Source: an uncultured Candidatus Binatia bacterium
GTDB taxonomy: Bacteria; Desulfobacterota; Binatia; HRBIN30
DNA: 64,000 nucleotides
Assembly: GCA_964524885.1 (NCBI GenBank)
Contig: CAZGEJ010000026.1
Location: forward strand, 1,302 to 65,301
Reading direction: 5' to 3'
Below the pieces are notes generated by a model, which was given only the letters and a program-made list of their open reading frames with translations, was not told the origin of the DNA and ran no database searches. Shown here in pieces: positions 55,661 to 64,000 of the stretch. Both the position numbers and the translations under genes were made by a program. How positions within the stretch are numbered: position 1 is the stretch's first letter; every line of letters starts with the position of its first letter.

Positions 55661-58600
55661 TCAACGGGCAGAGAATTTCGTATCGCTGTTCTTCGACACC
55701 AAGCCCGGATCGAAGGCATGGGTGAAGCAGAGATCCGCGTCGCTGACGAATTGCATCGTCACGCCTTGTCCCAAGGGCATACGGGCGGGGGCAGCGACGT
55801 TGCTCCCCTTGGCTTTCGCGGAAACCAGGGTCTTGGTGGCGGACTTGAGCGACACGGCGGTAATGCCACCGCTGCTGCCGACCTTGTCCTTGAACTTGAA
55901 TTTACCTGCCCCGGAGCTCGTCCACGCGGCGCTCAGAGGGCCCTCCGTCAACGCAGGCGGTATGGGAAAATCCAGTGCCAATCCCTGGTCATCGTAGACA
56001 CAGAGGGCATAGCTGGTGTGCGTCAGTGGGTTGCCTAGGTTGGCTGCCGGACCGGCCAGCTTGAACTTCATGGAGTTGCGTGTGCTGTCGGTCGGATCAC
56101 GCGCGATGGACAGGCTTCCCTTCGTCGCAACGCAATCTTGGCGCGCGGTGTCGCTGCACAGCGACCGCGGCAGAGTGGCGACGAACGGCGACAGGTGCTC
56201 GACCTGGCCGCAGACGACGTTGTCGTCCAAGTCCTGGCTCGTCGTGACATCCACGAAAGCGCCGTCCCCTCCGTGAAGGAACTTGAGGTCCGCTTCCGAG
56301 ATCTGGCTGCCGTCGACGATGCCGTCGTTGTCGGTGTCGGGGTAGCGTGTGCAGACGGTGACTGGTCCCGTAAACTGCGCCGTGGTCGTGATGTCGAGGA
56401 ACGAGGGCTGAAATCCGCTCTGGCCCAGGGAAAAGCCGCCCAGGGAGTTCGAGTGGTTCGACTGTACGACCACCATGGTTCGCCCCGCCTGCGTGACCTG
56501 ACTGAAGGTCACATCGACGGTGATGGGAACCTGAACCGTAGTGATCGGGTTCAGGAACCCCGTGCGTGACGAGACCGTCACGTTCGATCCGGCATCGGTA
56601 TACTGGTCGACGAAGGCGTTGACCGCGAGGCGGTAGTTGCTGTGCTGCCATACCCCACCGTTCCAAGGGCATCCCGGAATGCGCTTCGGACAGCCGTTCA
56701 CGCAGAACGACCTACCGCTCTCCATGCCGTCCAGTGTGTAGACGACCGTGCTCTCGGGCGGCAAGTTGGTCATGACCTGGTCCTGCAGCAGGCCGGTCGC
56801 TTCCGCCCGACCGATCAACGACCACTTGGTGCACGTCGGCGGGTTGGCACACGTATCCTGGGTGTCGCCGTCGTCGCCACCGCTCAAGGTCGTATCGAAT
56901 AGTCCGTTCTCGACAAGCGTGTCCGGATCGACGCTCTTACAAACATTCGGACCGGACACACCGTTGACCGTCTCCCGCACACATAGAATCGGACCGGTAG
57001 CCACCGGCGTACCGAAGACATCCCATGGCTCCGAACCCGGCACGGGAGCGCCGAAGATGCAGGTTGTGTTGAATTGGTGGGGATAAACGGGGTCGAAGCC
57101 GGTGTCGATGATTCCTCTATAGGAACCGACGATCGCGCCACCCTCGAGGTCGCCCTGGTCGCAATCTTCCCCGGGCGAATGGATGCCGTTGCCACAGCCC
57201 GTCAGGGTGCAGTTGCGATCGCAGCCGTCGCCGTCTTGGTAATTGCCGTCGTCGCAGACTTCGCCGCTGGACACGATGCCGTTGGGGCAGCCGGTCTCGA
57301 CGCAGGTATGGTCGCAGCCGTCGCCGTCGAGATCATTGCCGTCGTCGCAGATCTCGCCGCTCGTCAGGATGCCGTTGCCGCAGCCGGTCGGCGAGCAGTT
57401 GCCGTCGCAACCGTCGCCGTCGGACAGGTTGCCATCGTCGCAGCTCTCGGTCCCGGTCTGGACGCCGTTGCCGCAAGCCGTCACCCGGCAGTTGCTGTCG
57501 CACCCATCGCCGTCGAGGAGGTTACCGTCCTCGCAGTTCTCGACCCCCGTGCGGATGATCCCGTCGCCGCACGTGCTGGCGACGCAGTTGGAACGACATG
57601 CATCGGTTTCGATGAGATTCCCGTCGTCGCATTCCTCTCCGGGCGACACTGCCCCATTGCCACAGCCGGACGCCGTGCAGTTGACATCGCAGCCGTCTCC
57701 GTTGACGGCGTTGCCGTCATCGCAGGCCTCGACACCCTCGCGGATGATTCCATCTCCACAGGCATTGAACCTACATGTCGAGAGGCAGGCATCGGTTTCG
57801 ACGGCGTTCCCGTCCTCGCATTGCTCGTCGATGCTCAGGACGCCGTTGCCGCAGCACGGCGGTCTGGTGGCGCCGAACATGTTCGAGCCCCAGCATGAGA
57901 TTGTCCCATCGGTCTTTAGGCCACAAGTTGTGTCGAAGAATCCGCCGGAGATTTGCGTGAACGTTCCGGCCGGCGGCGTGGCCTGACCGCTGTTGTTCCG
58001 TCCCCAACAGACAACGGACCCGTCCTCGCTGATGGCACAGTTGTGCTCGGAGCCGGCACCGATTCGGGTGAAGACTCCGGCAGGCGGAGTCGACTGCCCC
58101 TGGCTGTTCGAGCCCCAGCACTCGATCGAGCCGTCCGCTCGGATGCCACAAGTGTGCGCGCTGCCGGCAGCGAGTTGCGTGTAGACCCCGGTCGGCGGCG
58201 CTGCCTGGCCCTCGCTGTTCGAGCCCCAGCAGGCGACGGACCCGTCCGTCTTATCGATCCCGCACGTATGGCCTTGCCCGGCCGCGAGCAATCCAAACGC
58301 TTGCGTAGGTGGTGTCGCCTGTCCACTGCTGTTCAAGCCCCAACACTCGGCGGAATCGTCGGCTCGGATGCCGCAGGTGTGGGCCCATCCGGCTGCAAGG
58401 TGTGTGAACGATCCCGTAGGCGGCATGGCCTGTCCGACGTAAGTGGTACCATTGCTGGGGCTCGCGTTGGATCCCCAGCAGGTGACCGTTCCGCTCCCGG
58501 CGGCAATCGCGCAGACGTGCATGCCTCCCGCTGCGACCGTGGTGTAGATTCCGTCGGGAAGGCTGCTCGAATATCCCCAGAGTACGAGGTGCCCATCGGC

Positions 58601-58762
58601 ATAAAGGCCTCCGGTACCATAGAAGCCCGTCGTCGCGACTTCCTTGAATGTCGCGCCGCAAGACTCGAAGCCCGCCGCCGGCGGCGCGGGCAAAAGGAGA
58701 GCAAAGGCCCACAGCAGAAGGGTTAGACTTACCTGGCGTGGAGCCAGGGTGGCGAGATTCAT
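55661..58762 (-). CDS. Large secreted protein: N-terminal RCC1-like beta-propeller repeats, then ~7 Myxococcus-type cysteine-rich repeats, then a C-terminal domain.
   Basis: Signal peptide MNLATLAPRQVSLTLLLWAFALLLPA. Repeated AAGxxHTCGI...CWGSN..GQ (RCC1 blades). Repeated CGNGxxxxGExCDDGNxxDGDGCxxNC units (myxo disulfide repeat). Confidence 0.75.
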   Translation of the reverse strand: MNLATLAPRQVSLTLLLWAFALLLPAPPAAGFESCGATFKEVATTGFYGTGGLYADGHLVLWGYSSSLPDGIYTTVAAGGMHVCAIAAGSGTVTCWGSNASPSNGTTYVGQAMPPTGSFTHLAAGWAHTCGIRADDSAECWGLNSSGQATPPTQAFGLLAAGQGHTCGIDKTDGSVACWGSNSEGQAAPPTGVYTQLAAGSAHTCGIRADGSIECWGSNSQGQSTPPAGVFTRIGAGSEHNCAISEDGSVVCWGRNNSGQATPPAGTFTQISGGFFDTTCGLKTDGTISCWGSNMFGATRPPCCGNGVLSIDEQCEDGNAVETDACLSTCRFNACGDGIIREGVEACDDGNAVNGDGCDVNCTASGCGNGAVSPGEECDDGNLIETDACRSNCVASTCGDGIIRTGVENCEDGNLLDGDGCDSNCRVTACGNGVQTGTESCDDGNLSDGDGCDGNCSPTGCGNGILTSGEICDDGNDLDGDGCDHTCVETGCPNGIVSSGEVCDDGNYQDGDGCDRNCTLTGCGNGIHSPGEDCDQGDLEGGAIVGSYRGIIDTGFDPVYPHQFNTTCIFGAPVPGSEPWDVFGTPVATGPILCVRETVNGVSGPNVCKSVDPDTLVENGLFDTTLSGGDDGDTQDTCANPPTCTKWSLIGRAEATGLLQDQVMTNLPPESTVVYTLDGMESGRSFCVNGCPKRIPGCPWNGGVWQHSNYRLAVNAFVDQYTDAGSNVTVSSRTGFLNPITTVQVPITVDVTFSQVTQAGRTMVVVQSNHSNSLGGFSLGQSGFQPSFLDITTTAQFTGPVTVCTRYPDTDNDGIVDGSQISEADLKFLHGGDGAFVDVTTSQDLDDNVVCGQVEHLSPFVATLPRSLCSDTARQDCVATKGSLSIARDPTDSTRNSMKFKLAGPAANLGNPLTHTSYALCVYDDQGLALDFPIPPALTEGPLSAAWTSSGAGKFKFKDKVGSSGGITAVSLKSATKTLVSAKAKGSNVAAPARMPLGQGVTMQFVSDADLCFTHAFDPGLVSKNSDTKFSAR

Positions 58763-59277
58763 GAGGGCACCCCTTCCCGCGAGGAGCCGTAGAATCCCTC
58801 GCGCCGCATTCGTTGAGAAAAGATGGTCGCCGGCCGGCAGGTTGTTCAGGGATTGCGCCGCACGGAAACCCGACCTTGATAGGCATCGACACAGCAATCG
58901 CTGTGCCATGACAAGGCTTCATACCGGGATGCTTCGTCGACCTGGGGTTTCCGACGACCAGTTCCAAGCCGGGCCGAAATCAAGAGAAACTCCGAGATCT
59001 CGGAGCCAAGCTGCCGACAAGCGCCACGCGGATCGTCGAGACGACGGCGGTGGATACACGGGGATCGTGGCAACCGACGATGGGATGTGCGGCGTCAGTG
59101 CCCGTTCCTCGTTCGTACGCGCCTGCGACGCATGGAAACCTTCCGCCAGCGTCGGCGACGACGATCCGGGGCGCCGGAACCGTCTCGCGCGGGTGGATCG
59201 GAGCGATTTCAGCTCGCAACTGTGGTGACTCGGTGGGCGTGTGAGTGTTGGTGGGGTCCGTGGTGTCGGCTGGGGTG

Positions 59278-62151
59278 CTACGTCCTTGCGTCGGCCAGGC
59301 GCTTGCGGGCGCGACTCAGTAGTTCGAGGTCGGCGCCTTCGTGCCATGTGGCGAGGAGCGGTTCGAATGCGGCGTGCAGCTCGGACGGCGCCGGATCACA
59401 CAGGCGAGCCCACGAGTCGAGGGCGCGCAATTCCCACCATCGTGCTTGCTGGTGGCGCGCCGTGTCGATGGCACGTCGAAGGTGCGACTCCACGTCCGCC
59501 TTGGGTCCGGCCTTGGATTGGGCCGCCAGCTCGGCGCGTAAGCGCCAGAGTTCGGGCTCGACCATGCGGTCGCCGTTCGACTCGACCAAGCGCAGCGCCT
59601 CATCGACGGCCGCGTCGCCTTCCTCGATCCGGCCGGCCGTGAGGAGACAGCCCGCGAAGTGCAGCAGGCTGATGCTGTATTGCATCGCCAACTCGTGGCC
59701 GCGGCACAGCTCGGCTCCCTGGCGCGCCGCCGCCAGCCCGCGATCGATGGCGCCGTCGTTGATCTCGGCCCAGCCGATGATGCCGCCGGCCGCCGTAGCC
59801 CAGAACGGGAAGCCGTGTCGTTCGGCGAGTTCGGCCGCGGCCCGGGCCTGGCGCCATGCCGGCTCGCGCTGTTCGAGGTACATCGCCAATTCGGCGCTCT
59901 GGAACAGGGCCCAAATGCGATCATAGACGAAGCCACTGGCTTCGGCCCGTTCGACGGCGTCGCGAGCGACACGCCGCGCCTGGTCCGGATAGCCCAACAA
60001 CATCAGGGTCTGGGCGAAGGCGCCCAGGCTGGCGGTTCGCATGTCGGGTCGCATCTCGCGCAACAGCACGCCCTCCACCGCGAGGGCGCGTTCGAATCGT
60101 TCCCGCGCTTCGGCAAGGGCGCCCGTGCGGCGCAAGACGGTGGCGAGGCTCGCTTCGGCGTGGAAGATCGCCAGGGGCAGCTGTATCGGTGCCGCCAGGG
60201 CCAGGGCCCGCCGGCAGAGTGTTTCGGCCTGGGCGAAGCGCGCCCGCATGAAGTGAAGGTGCGCGCATCCACCCGCCGCGAGCGCCAGAAACGGGGATTC
60301 CGGGGCGAGGTCGGTAAGACGGCAGGCGGTGGCCACGGCGGCTTCGACGTCGGGGTGGCCGATGCCCTTCGCTTCCTGCAGGGCGCGGGCGTATTCGATG
60401 TGAACGAGAATCACTTCGAGGTCGGCTTCGAGGCGACCGCTCGATCGCAACAGCCGCAGGGCGCGGGCCAGCAGTTCCGCCGCGTTCGCCGGGGCGCTGC
60501 GTTCGATCGAACGCGCCGCCGCCGAACGCAAGTACGTCACCGCCTCGGCGGGACTACCTCCGAGTTCGTAGTGCAGGGCCAGTTGCTCGGCGACCGCATC
60601 AGGTCGCGCGGCGTGCATGTGCGCCAACCACTTTGCCTGGCGCAGATGGAGGCGTGCCGCTTCGGCTCGCGGAATCTGCTGGTAGATCACCTCACGATAG
60701 ACGGCGTGGACGAAGTCGTATGCCGACGCCACCGTACCGTCGGGCAGTCCCAGATCCTCGCGGCGGCACAAGAAGTCGCCGCGCGCGGCCAGAGCCGAAG
60801 CCCGACGTTCGACGGCGATGAGGTCGGCGTCGAGGGTCGCGGCGATCGCCGCCGCCGAGGCCTCGCGGTCGAGGATGCTGGCGGCCATCAGAAGGCCTTG
60901 ATCCTCGCCACCCAGACGGCCGAAGTGTTCGCGAACCAGCAGCTGATTCGTCTCGGGAATGGCGCGGGCTTCGAGGTCGGCATCGAGCCGCCAACCATCA
61001 CCATGCCGGCTGACCACGCCCTCCTGAACGATGTCTTCGAGCAGGTTGAACAGGAACAACGGGTGTCCGCCGCCACGGTCCTGCAGCCAACGGGTCAGTT
61101 CCAACTCGAACGGGGCATCGGGGAAGCGCCGGCGCACGAGTTGGCGAATCGCCGGCGGCGCGAGCAGCGGCAAGGTGATCTCTTCCGCCAGACGGCGGGC
61201 CCGCAGCGATTGGATACGTTCGCGCATGGGATGGCCGCGGATGATCGCTTCGATCGGGCGATAGGTGCAGAGGAGCAACAAGCGCGCGACGCCGCTGCGT
61301 TGCGCCATGAGGGCAAGCAAGTCGACGGTCGAGGGATCCGCCCAGTGGACGTCTTCGAGGACGATCAACACGGGAGCCTGACGGCTTGCCGCTTCGAGCG
61401 CCTCGGCGACCAGACGCAGCGACTGTTCGGCGCGCATGCCGGCCGTGTCCCGCCAGAGGCCTTCGCGCGTTCCGGCATCGAGCGCGGACGGAATGCGCGC
61501 CAGCCAGCCGGGGGCATGGCGCTGCAGAATTTCGACGAAGGCAGGGCGCTCACACATCGACGTCAGCGCTTCGAGGACGGGCAAGAAGGCCTCGCTGCTG
61601 CCGCTCTGGGAGACCGAATGGCCGCGGCCGACCAGCGTTGAGGCCACGCCGGTTTCCGGTAGGGATTCGATGAACGCCGTGGCCAGGGTGGTCTTGCCGA
61701 TGCCCGCATCGCCGCTGAGGAACACGACCTGGCGGCGACCGCCGAGGGCCAGGTTCCACTTCTCCTGGAGCAGCGTCAGCTCGCGCTCACGGCCGACGAC
61801 CGGTGCATCGTCGAAGGTCGGGGCGGCAAGCAACGCGGCGATCCAGCGAAAGCCGCGGCGATGCACCGTCTCGACGAAGCGCGGCTCGCGGGCGTCGTCG
61901 CCGAGAGCCTTGCGTAATTCGTTGATCGAAATCTGCACCATGTGATCGCTGACGGTCACATCGCCCCAGACCGCCGCGAGCAGTTCGTCCTTGCTGACGA
62001 CCAGTTCCGGACGGGCGATGAGGTAGCACAGCACTTCCCACGTCTTGCGGCGCAGGTGGACGGCCGTCGTGCCGCGCCAAAGGATCTGGCGCAGGCGATC
62101 GAGACGAAAGCCGTCGAAGACGAGATCGGTCGGGTGCAAGCTCTGGGTCAT
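59278..62151 (-). CDS. Transcriptional regulator: N-terminal OmpR/CadC-type winged helix, then a P-loop NTPase (AAA/NB-ARC-like), then TPR-like repeats (AfsR/SARP-like architecture).
   Basis: LVFDGFRLDRLRQILWRG...RRGFRWIA (trans_reg_C). FLSGDAGIGKTTLA (Walker A). Long helical repeat region. Start MTQSLHP at 62151. Confidence 0.75.
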   Translation of the reverse strand: MTQSLHPTDLVFDGFRLDRLRQILWRGTTAVHLRRKTWEVLCYLIARPELVVSKDELLAAVWGDVTVSDHMVQISINELRKALGDDAREPRFVETVHRRGFRWIAALLAAPTFDDAPVVGRERELTLLQEKWNLALGGRRQVVFLSGDAGIGKTTLATAFIESLPETGVASTLVGRGHSVSQSGSSEAFLPVLEALTSMCERPAFVEILQRHAPGWLARIPSALDAGTREGLWRDTAGMRAEQSLRLVAEALEAASRQAPVLIVLEDVHWADPSTVDLLALMAQRSGVARLLLLCTYRPIEAIIRGHPMRERIQSLRARRLAEEITLPLLAPPAIRQLVRRRFPDAPFELELTRWLQDRGGGHPLFLFNLLEDIVQEGVVSRHGDGWRLDADLEARAIPETNQLLVREHFGRLGGEDQGLLMAASILDREASAAAIAATLDADLIAVERRASALAARGDFLCRREDLGLPDGTVASAYDFVHAVYREVIYQQIPRAEAARLHLRQAKWLAHMHAARPDAVAEQLALHYELGGSPAEAVTYLRSAAARSIERSAPANAAELLARALRLLRSSGRLEADLEVILVHIEYARALQEAKGIGHPDVEAAVATACRLTDLAPESPFLALAAGGCAHLHFMRARFAQAETLCRRALALAAPIQLPLAIFHAEASLATVLRRTGALAEARERFERALAVEGVLLREMRPDMRTASLGAFAQTLMLLGYPDQARRVARDAVERAEASGFVYDRIWALFQSAELAMYLEQREPAWRQARAAAELAERHGFPFWATAAGGIIGWAEINDGAIDRGLAAARQGAELCRGHELAMQYSISLLHFAGCLLTAGRIEEGDAAVDEALRLVESNGDRMVEPELWRLRAELAAQSKAGPKADVESHLRRAIDTARHQQARWWELRALDSWARLCDPAPSELHAAFEPLLATWHEGADLELLSRARKRLADART

Positions 62152-62404
62152 CCGGATTCGCGGCCGATTATTCCCCGAACGGCACCCGATTATCCAGAAA
62201 TTATCCGTCGCTTGGAGCACTCAACCGGGGCACGTCAGGACGCTCGCTGCGGAAACTACAACCTTCCCTTGCATCCATGGAACTTCGAGGGTGCCGTCTT
62301 CCTCGACCAGGTCGTGACCCCAAGCGGGCTGCCCGACCAGAGCGTCTTCACGTTGCCCGAACCTTGGTTACTGCTACCCGAACCTCTTTGACTCTTCGGG
62401 GACT

Positions 62405-62500
62405 GAGCCAAGGGCGCAGGGCCAAGGGCCAAGAAGTGGACCGGCTCGCGTCCCGCGAGCCGGATGCTTTGTGCCTTATGCCTTGTGCTTTGTGCCTTGC
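62405..62500. repeat. Composite element: GAGCCAAGGGCGCAGGGCCAAGGGCCAAG, then the palindrome CCGGCTCGCGtccCGCGAGCCGG, then CTTTGTGCCTTATGCCTTGTGCTTTGTGCCTTG; 3' of the transglutaminase-like gene.
   Basis: Heptamer units on both arms with a central perfect 10-bp inverted repeat. Confidence 0.7.
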
Positions 62501-62514
62501 GGGTTGGCCCCGCC

Positions 62515-63384
62515 TCAAGCCGCGGCTTCGACGTCGACGGCGACGCGCACCGAATGCTGGCCGCCGCCCAAAGTGACGCCGCGTACGGGCGGGACGTCGG
62601 AGTAGTCGCGGCCCCATCCGACGGTGACGTGATCCGTCGCCGGGATGCAGTCGTTCGTCGGGTCGAGGTCGACCCAGCCGCCTTCGCCGCAATACACCGC
62701 GGCCCACGCGTGCGATTCGTCGCTGCCCGCCAGCTTGACCTGCCCGGGGCGCGGCAACGTGCGCACGTAGCCGCTGACGTAGCGCGCCGGCAACCCGATG
62801 GCGCGCAGACAGCCGACCAACACGTGCGCGAAATCCTGACAAACCCCGCGTCGCAGTTCGAACGCCTCGGCGACGGACGTACGCACGTCGGTCGCCTGCG
62901 GGTCGTAGGTGAAGTCGGCATGGATCCGTTGCCGCAGTTCGACCGCCGCCTCCAAGATCGGGCGGCCCGCCCCAAACGACTCGGCGGCGTATCGCCCAAG
63001 TTCCCCCGATAGCTGGACGTAGGGCGAGGCGTACACGAACTGCTCCACCTCGACGTCGTAGGCCAGCCCACCCAACTCATGGCGGAGCGTCTCCCACGCC
63101 GGCGTGCTCGCCGGCACGATCGGCTCGACGACCTCGACCTCACTCTCCGCCCGCAGCACGAGGCGTCGGTGCGGCGCGTGCACCGCGAAGTACACCACCC
63201 GGTTGCCGAAATAGTCCGTCCGCTGCACCAAGATCTCGGCCTCGGGATCGACTTCGACCGTATGCTTCAACACCGCCTGACGCGGCAGCACACGCGGCTC
63301 GAGGCGTGCCTCACTGTGGCATATCGAGGCATCGTCGCCGTAAACGTACTCGGTCGCATGCACCACGCGCAGACGCATGTTCAC
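62515..63384 (-). CDS. Transglutaminase-like family protein (Bact_transglu_N plus TGase core).
   Basis: MNMRLRVVHATEYVY start. Core GVCQDFAHVLVGCLRAIGLPARYVSGY...SHAWAAVY...DPTND (Cys-His-Asp). Confidence 0.8.
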   Translation of the reverse strand: MNMRLRVVHATEYVYGDDASICHSEARLEPRVLPRQAVLKHTVEVDPEAEILVQRTDYFGNRVVYFAVHAPHRRLVLRAESEVEVVEPIVPASTPAWETLRHELGGLAYDVEVEQFVYASPYVQLSGELGRYAAESFGAGRPILEAAVELRQRIHADFTYDPQATDVRTSVAEAFELRRGVCQDFAHVLVGCLRAIGLPARYVSGYVRTLPRPGQVKLAGSDESHAWAAVYCGEGGWVDLDPTNDCIPATDHVTVGWGRDYSDVPPVRGVTLGGGQHSVRVAVDVEAAA

Positions 63385-63385
63385 C

Positions 63386-64000
63386 TCAGATCGTCACCAT
63401 CGGCACGGCGTGGGTCAGGTATTGGCGCGTCAGCGTATCGCCGACCGCCGTCAGGTCGCCGGCGATCGAATCGAACGCCTGTGCCAACGCCATGCGGCGC
63501 CCCGACACATCCCCCGCCGCCATCAACTCGAGATCCGCCAACTGCAGTCGCGCCAACGGTCGCGCACAGGTCTTGAGCAACGGCTCGCGCGATTCCGACG
63601 CCGGCGGCGGCAAGTGGCCGATGTATTCGGCAATGCGCTGCAGCTGAAACGCCAGCGAGCGCGGGTTGGACTCGTCCAGCACCAACAAGTCCAACACCAG
63701 TCGCGGCGCGAGGGTCGTCTGGTAACGCGAGCGGTAGGTCATGGTGCTGTCGGCGATGTCGAGGGTCGCCTCGAGCACACGCGCTTCGTCGGCGTGGACT
63801 TGCGTCAGCGTCGCGCGCAACAGGCCGATCGTGGCGAAGGCGCGCTCCAGGCGCCGGCCGATGCCGAGAAAGTACCAGCCGTAACCACGCGTCATGCTCT
63901 CCTTCACCAAGCCGGAGAAGGCCGAGATGGCGAAAATCGCCCGGTCGAGACGCCCGATCACGGCGGGCAAGCGGAGTCGGACGCGCGTGTCGACTTGTCC
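63386..64000 (-). CDS. Alpha-E domain protein, C-terminal part (commonly paired with transglutaminase-like and ATP-grasp genes); continues beyond the right edge.
   Basis: GYGWYFLGIGRRLERAFATIGLLRATL ... The open frame reaches the window end. Its stop at 63386 overlaps the start of the transglutaminase-like gene. Confidence 0.6.
   Translation of the reverse strand, partial: GQVDTRVRLRLPAVIGRLDRAIFAISAFSGLVKESMTRGYGWYFLGIGRRLERAFATIGLLRATLTQVHADEARVLEATLDIADSTMTYRSRYQTTLAPRLVLDLLVLDESNPRSLAFQLQRIAEYIGHLPPPASESREPLLKTCARPLARLQLADLELMAAGDVSGRRMALAQAFDSIAGDLTAVGDTLTRQYLTHAVPMVTI

Overview
This is a high-GC bacterial chromosomal segment. By eye G+C is well above 60%; I did not compute it. The gene content points to a Myxococcota/deltaproteobacteria-like lineage: Myxococcus-type cysteine-rich repeats, several DUF1566 secreted proteins, a multihaem cytochrome c and a complete menaquinone operon. 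The provided ORF track shows a TTG at 19644 rendered as M, so it uses alternative start codons; many listed ORFs are N-terminally over-extended or are opposite-strand shadow ORFs.

Layout:
(1) 1-8652, minus strand: a complete type III-A (Csm) CRISPR-Cas effector operon, cas10/csm1-csm2-csm3-csm4-csm5-csx1/csm6-like-cas6-like. Every gene junction is an ATGA or GTGA start/stop overlap. No CRISPR array, cas1 or cas2 is visible in the window. The cas6-like gene runs off the left edge.
(2) 9123-16483, plus strand, divergent from cas10: an uncharacterised accessory block. It contains an SF2 helicase, an LRAT/NlpC-P60 (H-box/NC) protein, a 64-aa transmembrane protein, an ECF-sigma-like protein, a 363-aa unknown and a Lon-like Ser/Lys protease with a large non-Lon C-terminal domain. 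I consider this the candidate undescribed system: a cyclic-oligoadenylate-linked protease/sigma signalling module, reminiscent of CalpL/T/S but without a recognisable SAVED/CARF sensor.
(3) 17.1-24 kb: GT-C and GT2 glycosyltransferases, a C69 peptidase, and tandem DUF1566 secreted proteins bracketed by 49-bp direct repeats.
(4) 24-34 kb: a MerR regulator translationally coupled to ubiE-menF-menD-menH-menB-menA-menC-menE, then a yheU-like gene.
(5) 34-64 kb: a membrane protein, a Gly/Ala-rich secreted protein, TetR with an 18-bp palindromic operator, a multihaem cytochrome c with dockerin-like repeats, a lipoprotein, a MraZ-like protein, a HepT/MntA-type toxin-antitoxin pair, YjbR, a thiolase, a dynamin-like GTPase, an SDR, a third DUF1566 protein, an LLM oxidoreductase, a CbbQ/CbbO-like AAA+/VWA pair, a fatty-acid hydroxylase, a 1082-aa RCC1/Cys-repeat secreted protein, a wHTH-AAA-TPR regulator, a transglutaminase-like protein and a partial alpha-E protein.

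Non-coding structure: a family of GC-rich heptamer-repeat hairpin elements (GGGCCAA / AGGCTNA units) sits at gene ends; a 17-bp palindrome AAGGGGACAGTCCCCTT is inserted in-frame in menD and recurs in one intergenic region.
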